In this document: positions 1 to 7,222 of the stretch, piece after piece
Layout: each line of letters opens with the position of its first letter
How positions within the stretch are numbered: the first letter of the stretch is position 1
Origin: a virus
Taxonomy: Duplodnaviria; Caudoviricetes
Direction: 5' to 3' (one strand)
Virus record (IMG/VR): IMGVR_UViG_3300033475_000076
Span: 1 to 39,737 of that record
DNA length: 39,737 bases
Position numbers and translations under genes: made by a program
Notes under the pieces: generated by a model
What the model was told of the DNA's origin: nothing
Databases searched by the model: none
Seen by the model: only the letters and a program-made list of their open reading frames with translations

Positions 1-98
1 CCCGTGAACGTCCACTCCCGACGGTCATTGCTGTCGGGATCGACAAAGCACATGCCATATTGCACGTCATGCGCTCTGTCTATCCACGCCTTGAACAT
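1..98 (-). CDS. hypothetical protein, partial (runs off window)
   Basis: ATG at 98-96 overlaps the TAA of the upstream gene (TAATG); reads MFKAWIDRAHDVQYGMCFVD... and stays open to the edge. Confidence 0.55.
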   Translation of the reverse strand, partial: MFKAWIDRAHDVQYGMCFVDPDSNDRREWTFT

Positions 99-961
99 TA
101 GTCCACCTCCTTCCTGAGCTTCACTGCGTCGCCAGCGCGGTAGCCTGCAGCGGTACCGCTACCCTTCGGCATCGAGCGCTCACGCCCGAAGCCGTCGCCC
201 TTGCGGCGCTTGGCGTTCCGCTCCTGCTGCTTGTGCCAGCGCTCGTTCTCCTTGCGCTCTTCCTCGTCGCGCTTCGCAGCCTCGACGGGGTTGGCAGCGC
301 GCCACGCGTCATGCTCCGCCTTACGCTTGGCCATCACCTCTTCCCACTGCTTGGCGCGAGCGGCGCGCTCTTCAGCGGTGCCATAGAGTTCGTCATCGAT
401 CTCCTGCTTGAGGGTCAGAAAGTGACCGGCGACGACCAGCGCATTGTGCCCTGTGGTGTTGACGCTGCTCTCCTTGCGCACCATGTCGCGCATGACGCGG
501 CAGGCACGCTCGAGGACGCGCTGTGCGCATGCTGCCTTGAACGTGCGACGGAACTCGGCACGCTCGCGCTGATTGAGACCCTTCGGCAGCGCCGCCTTGT
601 AGATCTCCTCGACCTGACGAAACAGCCAGAACATCAGCTGCTCTGCGGAGTCGATGTTCTCGGGGCGGCCGATGAACTCGAAGCCGCGGCGGCCGAGGTC
701 CTTCACGTGACACGCAACGCCTGAGAGCTCGGCGGCAGCTTGAGCGCAGAACACCTGATGCCACTTGAGTTCCGTCGTGTGACGCTTGCGCGTCGCCTTC
801 GGCTTCGGCGCGCCTGCGGGGCGCAGTGCGTCGAGATCGATGCCGTGCTTGGCGGCGATGTTCGCTGCCATGCGCATGGCCGTCTCGGCCTCGTCTTCCG
901 TGCATCCCCGGTCCACAGTCATACTGAGAAGGGATGCCAGCTTGTCGTGGATCGTGCTCAT
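98..961 (-). CDS. DUF2786-domain phage protein
   Basis: N-terminal KLASLLSMT..GCTEDEAETAMRMAANIAAKHGI matches the DUF2786 pattern; AGGAGA RBS. Confidence 0.8.
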   Translation of the reverse strand: MSTIHDKLASLLSMTVDRGCTEDEAETAMRMAANIAAKHGIDLDALRPAGAPKPKATRKRHTTELKWHQVFCAQAAAELSGVACHVKDLGRRGFEFIGRPENIDSAEQLMFWLFRQVEEIYKAALPKGLNQRERAEFRRTFKAACAQRVLERACRVMRDMVRKESSVNTTGHNALVVAGHFLTLKQEIDDELYGTAEERAARAKQWEEVMAKRKAEHDAWRAANPVEAAKRDEEERKENERWHKQQERNAKRRKGDGFGRERSMPKGSGTAAGYRAGDAVKLRKEVD

Positions 962-970
962 TGTCGTCTC

Positions 971-1168
971 CTATGCCTTCAGTTCGTAGAAATCGGTGAA
1001 GTACGCGACGGGGCTGGACAGCAGCAGGTCAGGCGTCATGGGGCTACGATAGACGACTGTGCGCTCCTCGACGCCGCCGTAGTTAAGAAACCGTCCTTCG
1101 CCAATCACAGTCACAGTGATGCGCTTGCGCGACTTCGAGCGCCACACCTGGCCGGGTTTCGGAGTCAT
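971..1168 (-). CDS. small hypothetical protein (DUF1653/SH3-like)
   Basis: MTPKPGQVWRSKS..VTVIG..EERTVVYRS; AGGAGA RBS before ATG 1168. Confidence 0.65.
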   Translation of the reverse strand: MTPKPGQVWRSKSRKRITVTVIGEGRFLNYGGVEERTVVYRSPMTPDLLLSSPVAYFTDFYELKA

Positions 1169-1179
1169 CGTTCGTCTCC

Positions 1180-1275
1180 TTACTCGTCGAGGCCGTTGGC
1201 GCCGAGTGTCGCGCTGCCGCTGACGATCGCAAGCGCGATGACAGCGAGAGCGATGATGATCAGAGCGTAGGTCAC
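1180..1275 (-). CDS. 31-aa single-TM peptide
   Basis: GTG after AGGAGA; MTYALIIIALAVIALAIVSGSATLGANGLDE; its stop abuts the next RBS; not in the ORF track. Confidence 0.6.
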   Translation of the reverse strand: MTYALIIIALAVIALAIVSGSATLGANGLDE

Positions 1276-1344
1276 GACGTTGTCTCCTGCGTTGTTGATT
1301 TGTGGACAATACCCGCATTTGCGCGGGTTGTCGCTGGAAAGCCT

Positions 1345-1707
1345 TCACGCGAAGTGGAGACGCTCGCGAACGATCTCACCCTTGACTTCAGCGTACAGCG
1401 GATGAGTTGTGGACAGAACCTCTTCGATCTTCGCGAGCTGGGACAAGCGATCACGCTTCGAGCACTCCCAGAACAGACTGTCGCGCTCAATCGTCAAGTG
1501 ATTGCTGTCGCTGAAGAGCTCGCACACAGCGAGCGTGCGACCCTGCGTCATGACGTTACGCATGATCGTCACAGAGAACCTGCCTACGCGCATGTGCGAG
1601 ATGTCACGAAGGCCGAGCTTCGCAGCTTGCTCCTTGAACGCCTTCGAGAACGAGTTGCGGGACTTGATCGTCGATCCGTTGTTCAGGACGTGCATTGTCG
1701 TCTCCAT
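1345..1707 (-). CDS. hypothetical protein
   Basis: 120-aa ORF in the early operon with phage-like codon use; real start may be ATG 1695 (GGAGA RBS). Confidence 0.7.
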   Translation of the reverse strand: METTMHVLNNGSTIKSRNSFSKAFKEQAAKLGLRDISHMRVGRFSVTIMRNVMTQGRTLAVCELFSDSNHLTIERDSLFWECSKRDRLSQLAKIEEVLSTTHPLYAEVKGEIVRERLHFA

Positions 1708-1789
1708 CGTTTATCGATACAGACACACTATCTTGATTTGCCCTGTCAATCAAGATGAAGCCCATCGATCCTATCATGAGTTGCATAAA

Positions 1790-1815
1790 GAAAAAGCCCG
1801 CATTCGCGCGGGCTG
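1790..1815 (-). terminator. intrinsic terminator
   Basis: AGCCCGC-gcgaat-GCGGGCT followed by TTTT on the minus strand. Confidence 0.75.
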
Positions 1816-1843
1816 TTCAAGGCGTCAATGATTGACCTCGACG

Positions 1844-2074
1844 TTACTTCGCCAGGCCCATGTTCCTGATGTGGTTCTCCGCGCGTTGCAGCGACTTGAA
1901 GCGGATCGGCTGCCCCTTCGGATGATTGACGCCTTGCACGATGAAACGACGCTTGCCGCGGCCGTTGCGATTGCGCACGTTTGCGAACCCCGCCGGCTTG
2001 CTCTCGTACGCGAGCCCGCACACTTCGCCTGCCTTCGTCGTCAACTCTTCGACTGTGGTGAGCATGTCCTGCAT
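1844..2074 (-). CDS. hypothetical protein
   Basis: MQDMLTTVEE..., GGAGGG RBS, followed by a terminator. Confidence 0.65.
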   Translation of the reverse strand: MQDMLTTVEELTTKAGEVCGLAYESKPAGFANVRNRNGRGKRRFIVQGVNHPKGQPIRFKSLQRAENHIRNMGLAK

Positions 2075-2085
2075 GTGTCCCTCCG

Positions 2086-2172
2086 TTACCAAGCGCCGCC
2101 GACGATGATCGTTGCAGCTGTGATCAAGACAGCTGTGATGAATAGCGACTGCGGCCAAGTGAGCTCTTCCAT
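2086..2172 (-). CDS. 28-aa single-TM peptide
   Basis: MEELTWPQSLFITAVLITAATIIVGGAW with GGAGG RBS. Confidence 0.6.
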   Translation of the reverse strand: MEELTWPQSLFITAVLITAATIIVGGAW

Positions 2173-2227
2173 TTGCGCCTCCAGCGAAAGGCGCGACGCA
2201 AGACACACGCGCGATCCGCCGTCTATA

Positions 2228-3175
2228 TCACGCAGCGAGCAGTGTCTGCAACACCATCTCTTTCTGCCTGCTCGTGCGACCGAGCCAGGCGTTGGCGATC
2301 CGCTTGTCATCGCTACGCGAGGCCATGTGATCGGTGAAGTACGTCACGGCGTTGAATGCGCCCCATGCGGTGCCGGGCTCGGCGCCAGGCGCTTGCTTGT
2401 AGGCGTCCATGATCGCGCGCATCTTGGGAGCGAGCGTGTCCTTGCTGCCGTCCCAATCGGGCTGGAACGTCTTGGCGATCATGTGCGCCGCCTCCTCGTC
2501 ATCCAGCTTCTTGGTGTGCAGCTTCTTTGCGTCAGCAGCGAACGACTTCACGCTGTCCGTCGCGAGCTTGAGCACCGATTGAGCACGCTCTTTCTGGACA
2601 GGAGTGAACTCGTTCCTGTGGTTCATGCGGAAGACGTCGCCCACACCGTTGCGGCCAAGACGCATCGCGATCGAGTACGTGTTGTTACACACGTCACGCT
2701 TGAACGTGATCCGGGCAATGATCGACTTGCCCTGCACGTGCGGGATGCCGAGGAACAGGTACCCGCCAATGTTGTCCTTGCCAGCGATCTTGAAGGTGGC
2801 GTCCTTCAGCTTGGCGAGCCCGAACACGATCTGGCCGCCGCTGAGAGAGCCGATGCTGTCCCACGTCGCTTGACCTGCCTGCACGAACTCGTCGGCGAAG
2901 TCGAAGAAGGCGCGGTTCTGCGTCGGCAGCCAACGATCGCCGCACACGTCGAGGACTTTGCCGTCCGACTTGCGCACGATCGCATGATGACCTTGGAACC
3001 TGTGGTAGTCGCCTTGATCGCCGTCGTCGAAGTACCCGAGCGGACGCTTCTCGACTTCCCAGTCGACCTTCGCCGCCTTCATCATCTGAGCGACAGTGGC
3101 GCCCTGCTTGACTTCGACTGCGAGGTTACGCCAGGGCTTCTCACCGGTGTAAGCATGTGTGGATAGTTGTGGCAT
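2228..3175 (-). CDS. DUF932 / TIGR03299-type phage-plasmid protein
   Basis: PW..L, DWEVEKRP, GSLSGGQIVF, RDVCNNT and GTAWGAFNAVTYFTDH motifs. Confidence 0.88.
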   Translation of the reverse strand: MPQLSTHAYTGEKPWRNLAVEVKQGATVAQMMKAAKVDWEVEKRPLGYFDDGDQGDYHRFQGHHAIVRKSDGKVLDVCGDRWLPTQNRAFFDFADEFVQAGQATWDSIGSLSGGQIVFGLAKLKDATFKIAGKDNIGGYLFLGIPHVQGKSIIARITFKRDVCNNTYSIAMRLGRNGVGDVFRMNHRNEFTPVQKERAQSVLKLATDSVKSFAADAKKLHTKKLDDEEAAHMIAKTFQPDWDGSKDTLAPKMRAIMDAYKQAPGAEPGTAWGAFNAVTYFTDHMASRSDDKRIANAWLGRTSRQKEMVLQTLLAA

Positions 3176-3239
3176 TGGGGTTCTCCGTCAGTAGGTTGAC
3201 GGCTACACAACTAACTGATTTGGTTGCCACCCGCAATAG

Positions 3240-3276
3240 AAAAGGCACGTCACGGGAGCTCTCCGTGCGTGCCCTA
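3240..3276 (-). terminator. intrinsic terminator
   Basis: GGCACGCACGGAG...CCCGTGACGTGCC hairpin followed by TTTT on the minus strand. Confidence 0.65.
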
Positions 3277-3376
3277 CTCCTCGTACAGCTTTTGCCATTT
3301 ATGCCAAGGCGTTAGCAGCGGTTACATGGCAGCCTCCTAGGGGCTATTTGATCCCGTCTGGGTCATCAGTCATCAA

Positions 3377-3460
3377 GGTCCCGCGGGGTGGAGCGCGCTC
3401 TCGGGGGATGCAGGGAGGTGCGCGCTCCGTTCGCCGCCGGGGGCGAACACCCGGGGGACC
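3377..3460. ncRNA. candidate structured RNA (three-way junction)
   Basis: GGTCCC/GGGACC outer stem enclosing the GGAGCGCGC/GCGCGCTCC and GTTCGCC/GGCGAAC hairpins; intergenic. Confidence 0.45.
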
Positions 3461-3472
3461 GGGCAGTCTTTG

Positions 3473-3826
3473 CTACGATTGTTTGCCGCCAGCGTCAACT
3501 ACCAGCGTGTATCCGACACCCCATATCGTCTCAATGGTAAATGGGCAGCGAGCGTCAGCGAACGCCGCGCGCAGCTTCGACACGTGCACCGCGATGATGT
3601 TGCGTGGGTCCTCGGGACCGCCTCGCTCATCCCATCCGTAGAGGGCTTCGATGATGTCTTTCTTGCGCCCTCTACCCTCGACGATCGAGTGCATGATGAC
3701 CGCGAGCGAGCGTGAGACCTTGATGGCGCCGCCTTGCCATGAGATTGTCGAGCGTAGCAGATCCACACGAATGCCCATCGCTGATATCGACTCGCAGTGT
3801 GGACACTTGACCAGCTGCACAGTCAT
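3473..3826 (-). CDS. OmpR/PhoB-type winged-helix regulator lacking a receiver domain, CtrA-like
   Basis: ALYG..P...IIAVHVSKLR...IETIWGVGYTL; N-terminal CPHC. Confidence 0.85.
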   Translation of the reverse strand: MTVQLVKCPHCESISAMGIRVDLLRSTISWQGGAIKVSRSLAVIMHSIVEGRGRKKDIIEALYGWDERGGPEDPRNIIAVHVSKLRAAFADARCPFTIETIWGVGYTLVVDAGGKQS

Positions 3827-4056
3827 ATGCCTTCCTCCTTGATCTTGTTCCTCAGCCAGCTGTCGAGCGTGTCAGGATGCACGCGACCTTGCCCGGCGCA
3901 GTACGGACACTTGAACTCGACGAGAAGGCGACGTGCGCCCGCTGTCTTACCGCCACCTCGCCCTCTGCCAAACAGTGTACTAGCATCGGGTGCGACACGG
4001 AGGTAACCGTGCGTGTGCCCAGAGCCTTCGCAGTTTGGGCAAGGTGGGCGGCTCAT
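3823..4056 (-). CDS. small DnaJ-type zinc-finger protein
   Basis: CPNCEGSG and CPYCAGQG (CxxCxGxG twice). Confidence 0.7.
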   Translation of the reverse strand: MSRPPCPNCEGSGHTHGYLRVAPDASTLFGRGRGGGKTAGARRLLVEFKCPYCAGQGRVHPDTLDSWLRNKIKEEGI

Positions 4057-4217
4057 TGCTCGATCTCCTTCAGCCTCGCGATCATACGCGCACGCTGGCG
4101 AGCCATGTTGCGGTTGAAATGGACGATGATGTTACGCGCCTTCTCTGGCAGTTTGTTGTCGTGCCCGTTGACGTGCTCGCCGGCCTCGAGCTTCTTGATT
4201 GCCTCTGCGAGCGTCAT
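4053..4217 (-). CDS. hypothetical protein
   Basis: MTLAEAIKKLE...; start/stop overlaps with both neighbours. Confidence 0.65.
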   Translation of the reverse strand: MTLAEAIKKLEAGEHVNGHDNKLPEKARNIIVHFNRNMARQRARMIARLKEIEQ

Positions 4218-4405
4218 CAGTGCCTCCGTCGATCTTGCAGCGTGCGCAGCAGAAGGGTTGAGTCCACCTCCCACCACGTGTCGCTCTTGCTGTCGCGCAC
4301 GAACACTCGGCCATCGACCGTGATACGCAAGAGCTCTTGCGGCGGCGCGGTCGGCACGTCGAAGTGACAGTCGTCAGCGTGTGGCTGGACCCATTCGTTC
4401 TTCAT
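4217..4405 (-). CDS. hypothetical protein
   Basis: MKNEWVQPH...; translationally coupled. Confidence 0.6.
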   Translation of the reverse strand: MKNEWVQPHADDCHFDVPTAPPQELLRITVDGRVFVRDSKSDTWWEVDSTLLLRTLQDRRRH

Positions 4406-4599
4406 CGTGAGTAGACCTTGATGTAGTGCTTCCACAGCATCTTCTCGTTCTCCGTCGCAGGCTTGCAGTCGCCGAGCTCTGCACCGACGTAGCCGCCCAG
4501 CACATGTCGGCCGTACACTCGCCGATCATGCACGATGTCCAAGATGCGCAGGAGCGCCGTTGGGCCCGTCGAATATCGCACGATGTCTCCGACTTTCAT
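4402..4599 (-). CDS. small KOW/SH3-like protein
   Basis: MKVGDIVRY start; ATGA overlaps. Confidence 0.65.
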   Translation of the reverse strand: MKVGDIVRYSTGPTALLRILDIVHDRRVYGRHVLGGYVGAELGDCKPATENEKMLWKHYIKVYSR

Positions 4600-4880
4600 C
4601 GCTCGTCTTCCCATTTGCTGACTGCGATCAATATCCGATTGTAGTCAAGCCACGCAATCGCCCAATCGGGCACTACGGCATTTTCCTCGACGGTGATCTG
4701 AGAGAGCCCTCGCGACCCTACGGTCAGGCGTTTCAGCTGCACAAAGGATCTGTGGACCTGCGCGTAACGCTTCTGCGATACGACCGCATAGCGCACAGTT
4801 CGCGGCAGCTGCAGTATGCGCTCCTTGATCTTGTCGTCCGTCATGCTGCCTAGCTCGGTGATGTACTCAGTTGCTCTCAT
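4596..4880 (-). CDS. hypothetical protein
   Basis: MRATEYITELGS...; ATGA overlaps on both sides. Confidence 0.65.
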   Translation of the reverse strand: MRATEYITELGSMTDDKIKERILQLPRTVRYAVVSQKRYAQVHRSFVQLKRLTVGSRGLSQITVEENAVVPDWAIAWLDYNRILIAVSKWEDER

Positions 4881-5092
4881 CGCATTAGACTCCCGCTCAC
4901 TTGCACGTTGACCGCTTGGCGCAGCTTTGTCTTCACTTCCGAGTAGGGCTCGGTGACCTCGAAGACTGCGCCGTCCGTCATCTCCACGAGTGTCCAATCG
5001 CCTTTCGCCGATACCCTCGAGACGCACATTGCGTTGATGGTGACTGTGGAGGGCTGGCGGCCGACTATGCGCGTTAGCTCGATAAAGTTCAT
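4877..5092 (-). CDS. FlbD-like small protein
   Basis: FIELT...VTIN...V..V....T.VEMTDG..FEVTEPYSEVKTKL resembles the flagellar FlbD family pattern. Confidence 0.6.
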   Translation of the reverse strand: MNFIELTRIVGRQPSTVTINAMCVSRVSAKGDWTLVEMTDGAVFEVTEPYSEVKTKLRQAVNVQVSGSLMR

Positions 5093-5238
5093 CTCATGCG
5101 CTCCTCTAGCTCGCGCACACGATCGGCCAGCATGCTGACGCGCCAGCTGACTACTGCGACGGAGATGCTATTGACCACGATGGCAAATAGGAGCGCGGCG
5201 TCGGTGCGTATCCAATCGAGGATCTCGATCGCTGTCAT
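5089..5238 (-). CDS. small membrane protein
   Basis: MTAIEILDWIRTDAALLFAIVVNSISVAVVSW..; one TM plus a short coil; coupled. Confidence 0.6.
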   Translation of the reverse strand: MTAIEILDWIRTDAALLFAIVVNSISVAVVSWRVSMLADRVRELEERMR

Positions 5239-5360
5239 ATCGCGACCCCCATCAACCGAGCGACGCTGACAACGACGAAAGTGCCAGCTGCGACGGTGAG
5301 CGCGAACGTCGCTGCACCGATAATTGCGGCCATCAGGCTGCCGATCATAAGTTCTTTCAC
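5235..5360 (-). CDS. 41-aa hydrophobic peptide
   Basis: GTG after GGAGAG; MKELMIGSLMAAIIGAATFALTVAAGTFVVVSVARLMGVAI; ATGA overlap with the next gene. Confidence 0.6.
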   Translation of the reverse strand: MKELMIGSLMAAIIGAATFALTVAAGTFVVVSVARLMGVAI

Positions 5361-5447
5361 TGCTTCTCTCCATGAACGGAAGGACGTACGGGAGGACACG
5401 TTTGTCCGCATTTGCTCTGTGTGTTTGTACCGGTTTACCGACAGACA

Positions 5448-5475
5448 AAATTAACCGCTGTCCTACCATTGTCAA
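5448..5475 (-). promoter_or_regulatory. sigma70-like leftward promoter
   Basis: TTGACA-N16-TAATTT upstream of the coupled 5360-3473 operon. Confidence 0.6.
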
Positions 5476-5485
5476 TCGCCTCGCT

Positions 5486-5756
5486 CGCGTACGTACGCAT
5501 GATGCACGCGCGTATGCGCCTGCACGCTATGCGCGCTCTGACGTGCGTGCGCATAATGCGTGCGCGCACATGCTCGGGCGCTTGCCTGTGCGTGAAGGGG
5601 GTGATTGTCCTCGCGTAGGAAAGAGAAGTTCAATAATGATATCTATAATTACAAAAGGACACGGTAACCTTTTCCTGCGAGCGCATGCGTGCGTGCATCA
5701 TGCGCGCGTCGCTTGCGGGCCCGAAACAGGCGCGCGACGCGGGCGCATGTGTGTGG
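5486..5756. other. candidate replication origin: alternating purine-pyrimidine arms around an AT-rich core
   Basis: RY tracts at 5486-5573 and 5681-5756; AT-rich 5618-5672; 24-bp inverted repeat 5496-5519 / 5681-5704 (22/24); non-coding, between divergent promoters. Confidence 0.5.
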
Positions 5757-5759
5757 CGG

Positions 5760-5788
5760 TTGACAATTCCGAAACCACTGTGCGATTA
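5760..5788 (+). promoter_or_regulatory. putative rightward promoter
   Basis: TTGACA at 5760 upstream of the 5841 gene; -10 is weak. Confidence 0.4.
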
Positions 5789-5840
5789 GAACGGCTGCTA
5801 GCAGCGACGTGAGAGCACGCTCGAACCGAACTGCAGCGAC

Positions 5841-6101
5841 ATGAAAGGAAAGATCGATATGTTTACCGCTGTCCAACTGGCCAAGGAAATGAAGCTGCCG
5901 CCGAAGCGTGTCAGGGCGATCTTGCGAAAGGCTGGCGTCAAGCACGACGGACGCTGGAAGTTCGAGACTGGTGAGAAAGCGAAGTTGAAGGAACTGATCA
6001 GAGCGTCGCGTGCAAGGGCGAACCTTGCGAAGGCGCGCAAGCCGGCTACTCGACGTGCACTGCCGAAACCGTCGGCGAGCGTCGAGGCGCGAGTCCACTA
6101 G
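5841..6101 (+). CDS. small basic HTH DNA-binding protein (paralog 1)
   Basis: TAVQLAKEMKLPPKRVRAILRKAG..RWKF. Confidence 0.8.
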   Translation: MKGKIDMFTAVQLAKEMKLPPKRVRAILRKAGVKHDGRWKFETGEKAKLKELIRASRARANLAKARKPATRRALPKPSASVEARVH

Positions 6102-6128
6102 GCACCGCGCACGACCTAAGTGAGACTA

Positions 6129-6167
6129 TTCGGGCGTCGGTGAGGTTCCCCCCTGCCGGCGCCCGAA
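6129..6167. terminator. hairpin between convergent genes
   Basis: TTCGGGCGTCGG...CCGGCGCCCGAA inverted repeat. Confidence 0.5.
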
Positions 6168-6178
6168 GAGTAGATCGA

Positions 6179-6289
6179 TCAGTGATTGTGATTGCCGAAC
6201 CAACTCATCCACAACAGGTAGACGCATACTGCGACTGTGACGCCCGCATATGTCGCGAGCGCCCAGTCGGCGAGAGGTTGGTCAATCAC
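6179..6289 (-). CDS. 36-aa single-TM peptide
   Basis: GTGA overlap with the upstream stop; MIDQPLADWALATYAGVTVAVCVYLLWMSWFGNHNH. Confidence 0.55.
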   Translation of the reverse strand: MIDQPLADWALATYAGVTVAVCVYLLWMSWFGNHNH

Positions 6290-7041
6290 TTCTTGCGCAG
6301 GTCGGCGGACAAGATGCCGACGACTTTCTGCTTCCCCGTGAGCTTGTAGGTGTGCTTGCCTGTCAGGATGTCGCTTGGGAGCGTGACGCGGCGCATCTTG
6401 GCGCGTGCGACCTTAGGGTCCATGCCGAGCTCTCGTGCGATATCGGCGAGAGAGATTGAGCCCTCAGGTACGACTTTGCGCGGAGGCGTCGGGAGCGGAC
6501 GTGCGGCCTTCGGTTTTTCGGGCTTGGCGTGTGTGTCCCCGTTCAGACGCTTGCTCACGACCTTGTCGATCTCCGCTTCGCGTTTCGCGCGTGCTCGCAG
6601 TTCAGGGGATGGCGGGCACACGGTGACCTTGGGTGGACGCGCTGACGTGAACCCAGCGCCATAGCACTTCTTGCACTCGAGGATGTTGAAGTCCCCAGTG
6701 CCGTCGTCTTTGCCGTCAAGATCGTCGAGGTGGAACATCTTGCCGCACTTGTGACAGGTGCCTTGGTCGCTCTTGCTGCCGTCAGCGAACTGTCCGACTT
6801 TGATCTGCTCTTTGCGCTCCTGTGCGGCGATTGCGACTTCTTCCGGCGTGAGCTTCTCTGTCAGGGCAGTCACGGCGTACTTCTGCTTGATGGCTGCGGC
6901 AAGGGTCGGATTGAGTGAGAGCAATGCACCCTCAGCCTTAGTCGTGGCGTCGGCGAGCTTGACCTTCGACTCTTTCCAGGCCTTCAGCGGACTGATACCG
7001 AGGCCAGCGCGAAGTTCGTTCAGTTGTGCTAGTGATGGCAT
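6286..7041 (-). CDS. zinc-finger plus C-terminal HTH protein (paralog 2)
   Basis: CHKC...CKKC; ISLADIARELGMDPKVARAKMRR. Confidence 0.8.
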   Translation of the reverse strand: MPSLAQLNELRAGLGISPLKAWKESKVKLADATTKAEGALLSLNPTLAAAIKQKYAVTALTEKLTPEEVAIAAQERKEQIKVGQFADGSKSDQGTCHKCGKMFHLDDLDGKDDGTGDFNILECKKCYGAGFTSARPPKVTVCPPSPELRARAKREAEIDKVVSKRLNGDTHAKPEKPKAARPLPTPPRKVVPEGSISLADIARELGMDPKVARAKMRRVTLPSDILTGKHTYKLTGKQKVVGILSADLRKK

Positions 7042-7222
7042 GTTGCATCTCCCGTTGGGTTAGGAACCGTGTCTATACCATGATTTGCCGCATACCCGTA
7101 CGGATATCTTGAAGTGTACGTGCATGGCAAATTTGACCGCTTGGGCCGAGTTCCGGCGCCAGGTGGTATGATACGTTGGATTGATGGAACCGAGGCCTTG
7201 GGCCAAATTTGCCGGCAAGGCG

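Noticed and set aside
1832-3166. 444-aa plus-strand ORF
   Set aside because: Codon-aligned antisense shadow of the DUF932 gene and its neighbour; no RBS or motifs
3176-3470. tRNA gene in the structured intergenic region
   Set aside because: No cloverleaf with T-loop GTTCRA and a matching acceptor stem
5545-5572. GTGCGCATAATG resembling the left arm of E. coli dif
   Set aside because: No TTATG right arm; explained by the surrounding RY tract
5841-6101. Z-alpha (Z-DNA-binding) identity for the HTH beside the RY tract
   Set aside because: TAxQLAK and a wing Trp are suggestive, but the Asn-x3-Tyr recognition residues of Z-alpha are absent
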